Below are positions 49,725 through 60,520 of a stretch of DNA of 64,000 nt, in pieces; within the stretch, counting starts at the first letter, position 1, and the number at the start of each line of letters is the position of its first letter. Both the position numbers and the translations under genes were made by a program. This DNA comes from Hydrolagus affinis (lineage: Eukaryota), in contig JAAILG010001047.1 of the NCBI GenBank assembly GCA_012026655.1, positions 1-64,000 of the forward strand, in the 5' to 3' direction. The notes beneath the pieces were generated by a model. It saw nothing but the letters and a program-made list of their open reading frames with translations, did not search any database and was not told the DNA's origin.

Positions 49725-50100
49725 CGATTTCGTTAGCAAGGAGAAAGAGAGAACACTCTTAGAGAGAAACAATATTATGTTAACTGCTCCTTTCTTGCCA
49801 CTAGCCAAGCACGTCTGTGAAACGGGAGAGGAAAGCTTAGCAAACAGAACTCCGGGATGCACTCCAACCCAACTTTTAAAGTCAAAGCACAAGAAGAGGA
49901 TTAGTAATTGCAGAGCTGTACTTTATTTTGACTCAGACAAAGGACATGACAGCTTAAGTACTAGAAACCCGACGGGCAGAAAAGCGGTGTAAAAAGCCCG
50001 GTTGTGCACCTAAGGGTGAATAAACATTTGGTTTTGCCCACATATTCTCGTCGCTATTGAGTAATTTGCAGCTGACCCCTGGAGATGATTTAGGCATGCC
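49725..50100 (-). promoter_or_regulatory. Putative internal promoter / 5' UTR of LTBP1S
   Basis: Repeat-free sequence directly upstream of the ATG, with TATA-like TTTAAAA near 49875, AP-1 TGACTCA 49929-49935 overlapping CAGAC, and forkhead-like TAAACA near 50021. The TSS cannot be determined from sequence. Confidence 0.55.
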
Positions 50101-50847
50101 GCACGTCTGAAAACATCAGCCTGAAATATCTGGCACTCCAGCCCGAAGCTATCAAACCCCATGATGCAGCTGCTTGGCCCATTTCACAGCTTCTTGGCAA
50201 AACATCTCCCCACAGACTCTCAAGCTATGTGTTCAGACTGAGGCTGTCAACTGCTCAAGGCCAGAAGTAAAATGAGTGCAAATCTTTCGGGGTGATTCAG
50301 CACAAGGTTTCAGAATTTTTTTAAAAAACACGCAGGACTGTAAATTATTTGCCAAACAAAGAGAGAACTTTCATGGAAAAGCAAAAATAAAAAATCATGG
50401 CTCGGAGAAAAGACGTGTGTGACTTCTCTTCTACAAACTTTTTTCAATTTGTGTTTCTTAGCACCATCCTACCCCACTTCTCCCTCTCCCCTAGACTGGC
50501 TTTCATGGGCCAGGTGGTAAAATACATTACCAAGCTGCCCATTCACATCTGTGATTTGCAGATGTCCTGGATGTCCCACTCTGGGCATGGATTAACTGCT
50601 CATAATTCAGTACTGATTGCCACAGATCAGTGAGCCTCATTCAAATAAAAGTACTTAGGGATGGTTGATGTGGCAAACCAAATAATCATGATGATGTACC
50701 ACAGTTACTCAGAAGATCACATGATTGGTTTGGATGAAGTAGGTCCTTCAACTCAACTGATCTCATCCGTTTCTGCCTTCCTCCGTTTATAGCATTGAGC
50801 CACATTTTTAAATGAGTCCAGAATCCAGGCCTCGACCACTTCATATA

Positions 50848-51740
50848 CAGGTATCCTTCCTCAACCACAGCCTCACCAAACACGAAACTCATGTATCCAC
50901 GGTTTGCTAAATGCGACAGCCCTCGCAAACCGCGTTTTGCGCATCCGCGATTTAAATCCACGGGTTTAAATTTTCGAACAGCTAACGTACAGCGCCTTGG
51001 GACGTCCTCCCGACGTGAAAGGCGCTCTATAAATGTAATTTGTTGTTGTTGTTGTACAGCACTAGGACCCAATTGCGATGTTGCAATCAACCAGTGACCA
51101 CGCTTCTCTCTTAGGATTAAGGTAAATACAGTTAACATGCATTTATTGTCGCTTCTCCGCAGCCTAGCTAGTAAGTTTGGAGCATTGCCTTCCCTCCAAC
51201 CCCCTTCTCTCTCTCAACTCTATTTCACCTTCTCTCTCTCTGACTCACCTTCTCTTCCCCCCATCACCCCCCTCTCCTTCTTCTCTCTCACCTTCTCCAG
51301 CCCCACAGCCCTCCGTCACCACTCCCCCCCGCATATGTCTCTATCTCTGTGTAAGTCTGTAAGTCCGTCAGACAGCCCCCCCAGCCCCCCATGTCACCCC
51401 CCAACCCCCACCCTCCGTCTCTCTCTCTCTCTCTCCCTGTAAGTCAGTCAGCCTGACTGTCCGATTGCTGCAGATGCTGGCAGCCAACACGCCCAAACTT
51501 ACTCCCCTTATCCCCAGGTATGTTATAACTGTATATATTTTTTGTGTTTAGTTTTACTAAACGCAAACTTACTTCCCATATCCCCGTGTTTCCCATAAGG
51601 CCTGCATTTTCCAACCGCGAAAAAGCAAACGTACTCCCCCTATCCCCGTGTTTGCCATACAGCCCTGCATTTTCCAAACGCGATTTTACCAACCACGAAG
51701 GTTCAGGAACGTATCCCTCACGGTTGGGGAGGGATATCTG
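50848..51740 (+). mobile_element. Non-autonomous Tc1/mariner (pogo/Tigger-like) DNA transposon
   Basis: TA|CAGGTATCCTTCCTCAACC ... GGTTGGGGAGGGATATCTG|TA; internal CT-rich tract and a roughly 60-bp tandem duplication at 51565-51685; second copy at 56517-56872. Confidence 0.85.
50994..51054 (+). mobile_element. 61-bp L2 family-A insertion with TSD
   Basis: GCCTTGGGACGTCCTCCCGACGTGAAAGGCGCTCTATAAATGTAAT(TTG)n between two TACAGC; the paralogous transposon copy has a single TACAGC. Confidence 0.93.
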
Positions 51741-52369
51741 TATTTCGAAGGTTGGTGGAACCTGTACTTTGACATAAATGGAAGACCTCAAAGTACAAGT
51801 TTCCAAATTTCACATCAAAATTCTAAACTTTAAACCTACTGTTGATCTCCAAACTAAATAATCAAACATATCAATGGCCTCAGACAGAACAAAGGAATTG
51901 ATTAATTTGGGATTGCATAGCACGAAGTGTTATTAAAACATCCTTTCCACCACTGCATTCAGAGCCACTCCAAGTAAATCCAGGTAACAGTTCCTAAAAG
52001 AATCAAGTTCAGCTAGACTGGACCCCATTCAGATTGGGTTTAAGCCCACAACTCCCTTTTATGTTTTTCTGAATGAAGTGGTTCCCAACAGATCAAGCAG
52101 CCCATAGATGTTTCATTAAATCAGACATTACACTAATATACTGGGTGTAATTTGCAATGTTCTTTGCGTTAATCCCTGTATCCAGAGGAGGATTTATGAG
52201 ATTTGTAAAACAATCTAATAGCGAATCTCAAAAGTCTGAAACAGGCGTGATTTGAGAAAGTGGCTTCAGATTGTAAGTTTCACTAGCAGTTTGAAACACT
52301 GATTAAAATGAGGCCTTCCAACCATTCACCCACCTGCTGAGTTTTAATGCTTGGAGGCAACTGAAAATT

Positions 52370-52650
52370 ACATAGAATTACATAGAACATAACAACATGG
52401 AAACAGAGCATTTGGCCTAACTAGAGCATGCTGGCGTTTATACATCAGAGCCTCCACCCCTCCTAATCACCTGTCTTATACCTCCCTATTACCTTCTCAC
52501 TCATGTATGCCTGAAGTCTCCTCTTAAGTATGGTGATGCTTTCTGCTTCCAGCAAAGAGTTCCACATTCTCATTATCATTGTGTAAAGAAGTTCTTTCTA
52601 AACTCTCTTTTTAGATCTACTACTGTCTATCATATACCTATACCCCATCA
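52370..52650 (-). mobile_element. CR1 LINE 3' fragment
   Basis: CATAGAATTACATAGAACAT tail and GAGTTCCACATTCTC..TGTGTAAAGAAG. Confidence 0.8.
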
Positions 52651-52740
52651 TTACTGGATGAGAGCCATTATTGCAAAATATTAGGTATTTCTCTTGTATC
52701 ATGGGAAATGGCAGCATTCTAGTTTAGTACAGTACTAACA

Positions 52741-52899
52741 TCCCGCATAACTCAGTTGGTTAAGTTCAGGAATTGGGACCAGAGAGTTACTGGGTTTAAG
52801 TCTGATGCACTTTAAAATTGTTATCTGTGCTCCCTCAGCGCATTGGGACATCCTCCCGACGTGAACAGCTCCCCATAAAAATTGAATTTTGTTGTTGTT
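52741..52899 (+). mobile_element. Possible minimal SINE: tRNA-like head joined to a family-A tail
   Basis: A-box-like TAACTCAGTTGG, B-box-like GGTTTAAGTC, then CAGCGCATTGGGACATCCTCCCGACGTG and (TTG)n. Confidence 0.5.
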
Positions 52900-53269
52900 C
52901 CTGGAAGGGAAACATTTATGCTTTAAAGGTCTTACTTCTGCGGTTGGGTGGACTTTAGTGGTGTCGTTTTGAGGTTATTTCCTCAATTGTAATAGTTATC
53001 TCTTGTGACAATATAATATTTGTTCAAAATCAAGCCCTTCTTACAATGCAGGGAACTCGCTGGTTTCTTCTTGCTAACTCAGTCAGTTGTCTCGCAAGAC
53101 AAGGACAGACACAACAATAGCATTGTATGTGTATAGCACCTTTCACATCAGGAGGACATCGCAAGGCGCTGAACGGTCAGTGTTTTGGACCTGAGCTGGG
53201 GGTGAGCATCAGGGTTAGGTTGAAAGGCAGGGATTTTGCAGCATTCCTGTAATCCTAGTGAACATGATA

Positions 53270-53475
53270 CAGTAAAAGCCTGTTTATCCAACACCTTCGG
53301 GACCCGGCTAATACTGGTTAAAGTGCCTGCTGGATAGTCGGCCAAAAACGCAAAAAAAAAACTTTTTTTTTCAATGTATTTTTCCAGATAAATTCCGGTT
53401 AATTGAATGTGGACCTTTTTTTTGCGATGCCGGTTATACGAAAGTTACAGTTGATCAGGCGCCAGATAAATATAC
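53270..53475 (+). mobile_element. MITE, CAGTAAAAGC family (right TIR damaged)
   Basis: TA|CAGTAAAAGCCTGTTTATCC; aligns with 53555-53776. Confidence 0.85.
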
Positions 53476-53554
53476 TTAAGATTTCGTCAAATGGACAATC
53501 CTCCCATCTCTTTCACTTTCCTTGGAATCAGTGCAGTTCCCACTTGTTATTGTA

Positions 53555-53776
53555 CAGTAAAAGCCCGTTTATCCGGCACCCTCGGGACCTTGCCAATGCC
53601 GGTTAAAGCACATGCTAGATATTCGGCCGAAAACACACACAAAAAAATATATATTTTTTAAAAATAATACATTGTGCCGGATAAATTCCAGTTAATTGAA
53701 TGCGGACCTTTTTTTCGAGGTGCTGGTTATACAGAAGTTACGGATGATCAGGTCACAGATAAACAGGCTTTTACTG
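53555..53776 (+). mobile_element. Complete 222-bp Tc1/mariner-type MITE
   Basis: TA|CAGTAAAAGCCCGTTTATCCG ... CAGATAAACAGGCTTTTACTG|TA. Confidence 0.92.
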
Positions 53777-53866
53777 TACCGGAGATTTGAATTGAAATAT
53801 TTATGTTGAAATCCATCCATGCAGAATGAATTGCATAGAACGTAACATTTGCATCTCGTTTGCAGT

Positions 53867-54300
53867 ACCATAGAAATTTACAGCACAGAAAAAGGCGATT
53901 CGGTCATCCTGTCTGTGCTGACTCTTTTAAGAGCAATTCTCTCAGTTCCATGTTTGCACCTATCCCCCACATCCCTGTAGTTTACTCCCCTTTAGATATC
54001 AGTCTCATTCACCTTTGGAAGCTAATATGGATTCTGCCTCCACCAAGCGTCCTGGCCGGGAATTCCATGACCTAACAACTAATAATCCTCCCAAAAATAA
54101 ATTGGTAATTTTCAATCCACAACTGTTGTGGGACACTGCTGGGCTGCCACATTTCGGCCACAAATATACAGTCAATTCACTTTACATTATATGAAACGAT
54201 TTGAAATGTCTAGAAGATATGAAAAACGCTATATAAAATACAAGGATTATTATTAACTCTGTATGGTAAATGTTTCCCCTGACCTCCCCATTTGCTCATT
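53867..54300 (-). mobile_element. CR1 3' fragment interrupted by a plus-strand SINE 3' half (54081-54254)
   Basis: CATAGAAATTTACAGCACAG tail; CR1 sequence resumes after the SINE; AACT at both SINE flanks. Confidence 0.8.
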
Positions 54301-54389
54301 TGCTACGATTTCCTAATGGGACTCTTTAATATGTTGGTTTACAGCATGAGAGGCTCATGTTACACTGGGATGCACAAGATCCCAAATAA

Positions 54390-54640
54390 ATCTTCACTTA
54401 GAAAAATAAGTGAGTTGTTCAAATCTGGAATGCATTGCCTGAAAGGGTGGTGGAGGTCGATTCGATAACAACTTTTAAAAGAGAGGTGGATGGTTATTTG
54501 GGGAGGTCAGGTTATTTGCAGGGTTATGGGGAGAAAGCTGGAGAGTGGGATTGATTTTGAATAGCTCTTTTCAAAGAGCCGGCACAGACTCGATAGGCCA
54601 AATGGCCTCCTTTTGTGTTGTAAAATTCTATGATTCTAAG
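54390..54640 (+). mobile_element. Young CR1-clade LINE 3' end
   Basis: Close match to 24560-24787, including the ATTCTATGATTCTA tail. Confidence 0.9.
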
Positions 54641-55451
54641 AGACACGCAAGACCTGTTGGAATTGGCTTTCACTCAGCCTGCAGTGCACCTTGACTTAAA
54701 TCTTTCATCTCTATGCCATTTCTCAACCTCAGCCCTCGGGAAACAAAAGCCGTCCTCCCAGACAGAAATATGTGCAACAGGATACATTTCTTCCAGTTTG
54801 ATTGAGGAAAATGTAAAACATTAATAAATGATCAGACTGACATCCCCTCTAGCCGCAGAATAATAAAAGCATTCTGTGAAATTAATTAAAGGAAAACAAG
54901 TTCCATATGACAGCACAGAACACCTTACTTTCTATTGGTAATGACACATGGAACCGCTCAAATAACAGTCCACCGCCACTTCCTTCAGGCTGCCGATGAT
55001 ACAAACTCACAGCTCCAAACATCGAGTGATTCAGTTCACAAATCTCCATGCAAATTGCTGATATGCTGCAGAAAGTGGCTGAAAGTGTACCAAATCAATA
55101 TGGCTTCAAATGAAATTACTACCAAGTTCCATCAGAGTTACGGTTTTGCCCGATGGGAATGATTTGATAATTGTGGATTAGGCAGCCGGGACCAGACCGT
55201 TTGCTGTCAATGGCATGGAGCCTGCGCTAAGCAACAAGATCCGACAAGAAGCACCTGCTTCTTGAAACAGGATCGCAATCACTTTGTATAGTGTCAGTGG
55301 GTAGTTAAGAGAAACACAAACTCTGGTTAGATATTTCAAGCTCAGTCTTACTGAGTGTGCGTTTTAAAATAAAAAAAACTTGTTATGTTGTATGTGAGGA
55401 AAGAAAATGCTCGTCAAGTAACTGCAAACTGCCTAGGAATAGAGGGGTTAG

Positions 55452-55539
55452 CAACAACAACAAAATGACATTTGTATAGCACACTTCATGTCGGGAGTAC
55501 GTCCCAAGGCACTATACAAGTGTAACTTTGTTGTTGTTG
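55452..55539. mobile_element. Two-tailed L2 3' end forming an 88-nt hairpin
   Basis: (CAA)n...stem-loop...(TTG)n; outer arms 25/28 complementary. Confidence 0.85.
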
Positions 55540-56516
55540 TACGGAATACAAGCACCATACATAAGGGTAATGGTACCAGTGGTCATGAAAAGCCTTACCA
55601 TGTATATCGACTGTAAGGCTCTTTTTAAAAAAAATCTAATAACAAAAATAGAAATATTTTTCAACACATTTGGGGGATTTAAATTGCAAAGTATTATGGG
55701 TACATATGATGTTTTCGAAAGTTATGAATAAATATTTTGAAGGAAGTCAGGCAGCAGGAATTTTTTTTTATAAAGATTTGTGGGAAACGTTACTAACAGA
55801 AGTGGAATAAAGCAGTTTAGAAGCAACTTGGATGTGTGTCTGGTAAGACAAAGGGTTGGGGGATACAGTTAGAAAGATGGGCAAGTGGAATTGTAACCTA
55901 TCAATACAATTTACACTTATATGATGTCTTACCAGCTGGCAGAATGTGCCAAAGCTCCTACAAGAAGACATCAAAAAGAGACACTTTGTATTCCTATTGT
56001 TAAAGGCTCTTGAGTTCTTATAGGCCTGAAAAGATGCTTTAAACTCCCCTTCATTGTATGGAAAATCCCCATAACGGGGAATTAGCTTGAATAATATAAG
56101 CTGTTGGAGGACTCAATAGCAAAAGCTGCCCATTGTGACAGAGGAAGTGAAAAGTTTAAGCTCTGTGGCTAAATTGTACTTAAAAAAATGTGGATGCATT
56201 GATGATTGAAAGAAACATACCAAGATGAGATTTATTTGCATTTCCCGGATTGAGGAGAAGGCAGTAAGTATTGGCGGCAGTGCAGCACTGGAATTTGCCA
56301 TTCAGAAATGCGAAGTGAATTGTTTTCCAAACGTTTACATTTCTAATCTACTATTCAGTTTGAGGGTTCAAACCTTTCACCAGCTCCATGACACATGATG
56401 GAACCAAGAGAGAATTTAGGAGGAAATACTTCATGCAGAGGGTTAGTAAGATTGTGGAACTCGCTGTCTAAAACAGAGCTCAAAGCAAATAGCACAAATG
56501 CATTTGAAAGGAAACC

Positions 56517-56872
56517 GGAGAGTGTGGGGGTGACATGGGGGGCTGGGGGGGGCTGTCTGACGGACTTACACAGAGATAGAGACACATGGTGGGGGTAACA
56601 CGGGGGGTTGGGGGGGTTCTCTGACGGACTTACACAGAGATAGAGACACACGGGGAATAAATGCATGTTACTATATTTACCTTAATCCTAAGAGAGAAGC
56701 ATTGTCACTGGTTGATTGCAACATCGCAACTGGGTCCTAGTGCTGTATGCTAGCTGTTTAAATTTAAACCTGCGGATGTGCAAAACACGGTTTGCGAGGG
56801 TTGTCACATTTAGCAAACCGTGGATACATGAGTTTCTTGTTTGGCGAGGCTGAGGTTGGGAAGGGATGCCAG
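56517..56872 (-). mobile_element. Partial second copy of the pogo/Tigger-like element
   Basis: Reverse complement aligns with 50848-51145 and 51335-51400; one TIR with TA at 56873-56874. Confidence 0.85.
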
Positions 56873-57137
56873 TAGTTATTTGAGTAAGCTTGGTTGATGC
56901 TTGACTTTTAACACCAAGAAATATCAAATAATAAAACAAGTTTGGCCAAGACGTAATGTTAGGCTAACCATGGAATTTTAGAATAACATGTATGTTTCTT
57001 GAAACTAAAAACTGTAGGAATAGTATCTAATTTTTATGGGGTGAAAGTCAGGAATACTACTTTTTTACCTGATGGATCTAAATAACCCATCCAGAGGTCC
57101 AGGGAAGCAGAAGGAACCAGCCCTACTGGTGAGGGAA

Positions 57138-57139
57138 TC

Positions 57140-57171
<32 letters not shown>

Positions 57172-57480
57172 CCTTAGGTATGTTTCTGCAATTGTGTCCT
57201 CCTGATGCGGATGGCGCTGTGTCAAATCTATCTTCTATATACATAAAAGCCTTAGGTATGTTTCCGCAATTGTAACAATGAACTTCTAAAAGGAAAACAA
57301 AAACCAATACAGCTTAAAAAAAACTAAGAAAAACAACCCAGTGATCATCCTTTTTTTGTAAAGAACAAATACATTATTTTTAAAAAATTTCAAAATATAT
57401 AAATAAACGTGTTCAAAAACACTACCTAACACTAAAGTGTTCAAAAACAAAAACCGTATGTTACGTGGGGGTATAGCTAG
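57138..57480 (+). mobile_element. Non-autonomous Helitron with duplicated 5' end
   Basis: A|TCTATATA...TAAAAGCC start, second ATCTATCTTCTATATACATAAAAGCC at 57226, degenerate hairpin CCGTATGTTACGTGG, then CTAG|T; no TSD. Confidence 0.72.
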
Positions 57481-57504
57481 TTGTTACTTATTTTCTGAGT
57501 AGAG

Positions 57505-57825
57505 CAATGGTTCCCAACCATTTTTTGCTGCGACCCTAAATTGGCCACCAACAGGTTGTCCCGACCCTTAGGGGGTGACTGCGTGACTGAAGCGAAGCTC
57601 AGCCAAGATGATATCTCCGTCTCTTTTGTGGACTCAGCGCAACTCGCTGGTACGGTCTTTCATACAAATTGCTCGGCGGTGTTGCCTCGGGCACTTTTCA
57701 GCATTAAAAAAGCATTTTCAGCATTAAAAAAAAGCAACAACCAAAAATGTCTGATGACCCTTCGCGACCCTTCTGAGGACCCCGCGACCCTGATTTGGGT
57801 TGGGACCCGAGATTAGAAACCACTG
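57505..57825. mobile_element. hAT (Charlie-like) MITE
   Basis: TIRs CAATGGTTCCCAACC / GATTAGAAACCACTG; 8-bp flanks GAGTAGAG / GTGAAGAG (6/8 match); subterminal GCGACCC repeats. Confidence 0.85.
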
Positions 57826-60235
57826 GTGAAGAGCAACATGCCCAGTCCAGATAATGAAGCAATCTCACATCCAGCACATACGGGTAGGCATGGACAATTT
57901 CTCTATCCACTCTGCCCAATAGCAGAGGTGAGCTGCAGTTGGGAGCGGGGCCTGATTGAGTGAGACTACAAATTCCAGGACAATTAATGGAACTGCATGC
58001 AACAAAGCATCGACTATAGCTCCCTTCTTTGATCTGCCCTTTAATGCCAATGTAGAAATTAGGAAGGTTATGAGGCAACACACTGAGGTCTAAATTCTCA
58101 GTAGCGTTTTTAACTGTACCGACAACTCATAACTTTGATTAAAACATTCCTATTTAATAGCCAGTAAATGCCTTAAACTCTATAAATTCATCAGAAATTC
58201 ACAAAACAAAAAAGCACTGACTGGGTAACAGATTTCAGAAAACAATCCATCTTTTAGCTACCCAAAACTAAGTACTTAATCACCAATGCTCCAGAACCCA
58301 GAACATAGCCAAGAATCTCTTCACTATTCAGTGGCAAGGACATGGAAAGTCCTGCAAATGCAAGAAAAAACAGTCAGAATCAGCTGTTCTTTTCTAGCTG
58401 AAGAGAACATTTACAGCAAGTGTTTCTTCTAGACCTGCTGGTACTTCCAAAGCTCTCAATAACCCTTTTTTGTTCATTTCCTTATAAGTGCTTTTGAATG
58501 TCTGCCACTCGTTTCCCTTGAGACCCAAAGTTTGCAGCAAGCCATGCATTACAGATGGCAGACCTTTGGGTTTCTGTACAAAGTGCAACAAAGGGAGCTT
58601 GGTGCACTGTGCATTCCAGGGTAATGAATGGAGAATGCAGAGCAGACGCTGGTGGGGAACACGGAAAAATAATCCAGTTTGTTCCACAAGCGACGATGAT
58701 ATCATAATCGGAGAAAGCAATTAGTGAAGGCCTTATTCCAGTAGTGGAATAAATGTCACACTCCGGGGTGCATTCCAGTTTCACCACAGGTAAAAGCTTT
58801 GGATGCCTAAACCAGTTAATGGCAATTATTATAGTGTTACCGTTACAATACTGTGTGGAACATGAGCTGCTGGGGCTTTGGAAATGCTATGCAATGAAAG
58901 ACAACAAATTCAAAGTTGAATATGTAGAACATATTCTGGTTGGACTGGGATGGGTTTGAATTATTCTTCGAGAAGCAGAGAGAGACAACAGAACCTTTTC
59001 CTCAGAGATCAGGTAAACGGGAATGGAGTGGGGATAAGTATGGAGCATTGTCTACAGAGTCTACTCAAACAAATGGGTTAGATTGTCTACAGAGCTTTTG
59101 TTTCCTTCCTATTTATTTAATTCTGTGCAATAAACATTTTGATGTCACTGGTCACAAGGGGCAGGGATTCTTACCACTTGACCCTGTTAACCTTGCAGGC
59201 CAAAGGGTGATCCTGACTTGAGCAGGAGGAAGCTTGCAAGGTGGTGCTCACAAAAGTGTAGTTGGTTAAACTCCACCAGTACTTCAATGCACTATGGAGT
59301 CGCCAAGTCTTGGTGCTCTCCAACCTGTGCTTAATTATTCCTGGAATCACATTAAGTATTAGGTGAATCCTTCTCGGAAGAGAGAGTGCGCACTATCCCA
59401 GACTCGGGGAAATTATGAGAAGGTCAAATTCTTTAGTCCAGTTCTGGATACTCTGCAACATTGTGATGGGTCTCTGTGTGTGACAGACACCCATCATCTA
59501 ACCATCAGTAGCGCCTCGAGGTCTGTGCAAACACCATGAACATAGGATGACATCTCCCATTCAAATCACTACCCTACAAGCTGTCTAGGGTTTAAAGAAA
59601 TTCAGGACACTGATGAGCAGTGAGTTTCAAAGCTACAATTAAATCAAGGAATTCTGATGAAATCATAAACTATGCAAGAGAAGGCAGTAAGTTCTGAAGG
59701 TCAGGCAGAAATTAGATTGGATTTATAATTTGTTCCATGCTGACTGTTTTTATTTAAATAATATCCGCAGTTTAATTTAACCTTGAGCTTTTATTTCCTT
59801 TTTCAGCCGTTCATTGTTTGTTGCTGACAACATGCATTACCTCATTGATGTGGGATGAAGTTCATTAAGGGGCATTGTGCCACATGAAGAATATTAAGTA
59901 CTAGGGCTATGGATATCGGAGAGTGAGCAATAAGCTGTAAATGTCTCTACGGGTTTATATTACAGTACATTCCAACTGTGGGCACAGCTTGAATAATTCA
60001 TGGACACCACCTAAACCCCAAGATTATATGACAGCTTCAAATTTACTCTCTATCAGGCTCTAATGTTATTGTATTTAATGTGGCCTGAATGGAAATGCAA
60101 GGTTCAGCTTTGCAACGGACACTTTATAATCAAGAGAATCGTGGAACAGCAAGCTTACATGTTCAGCCCAAATATACACCAATCGATACCACATATTTAC
60201 CTATGTAAATATACATCATAGAATCATACAGTAGT

Positions 60236-60520
60236 AACAACAACAGCAACTTAAAATTATATACTGCCCTCCATGCCGGACGGCGTCTCAGAGCGCTTCC
60301 CAATAACAGATCCCAGGCCCAAGCCATGGGCAGGGGGAAAAAGGTGACCGAATGTGCGGTCGAAAAGGTCTTCAGCTGAGATCTGAAACTAGGAAGAGAA
60401 GGGAGTGAGGAAGAGAGTTCCAGAGCTTTGGGGCGTAATGGCCGAAGGCACGGAGGCTGTGCCTTCGACCACTACACCCCGAAGCTCTGGAACTTCAATG
60501 GTGGAGTGGAGGATTCTGTA
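60236..60520 (-). mobile_element. L2 family-B 3' fragment with internal inverted duplication
   Basis: Aligns with 19049-19290; 38-bp inverted repeat at 60416-60494. Confidence 0.88.

Noticed and set aside
49419-49992. Plus-strand ORFs antisense to LTBP1 exons (also 31539-31757, 4449-4643)
   Set aside because: Shadow ORFs of the coding strand with no independent gene signals.
51444-51806. 120-aa ORF with repeated SRLENAGL
   Set aside because: Translation of a tandem duplication inside a non-autonomous DNA transposon; no transposase motifs.
58394-58787. Possible upstream LTBP1L exon (pyrimidine tract + CAG at about 58649; FVQKPKGLP resembles recalled YVLKPKYFP)
   Set aside because: The open frame has the wrong phase for the expected exon, the expected phase hits a stop, no good phase-1 donor follows, and similarity is only a few residues.
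59464-59496. 14-bp hairpin TGATGGGTCTCTGT / ACAGACACCCATCA
   Set aside because: Too short for a pre-miRNA and without supporting context; could be chance.
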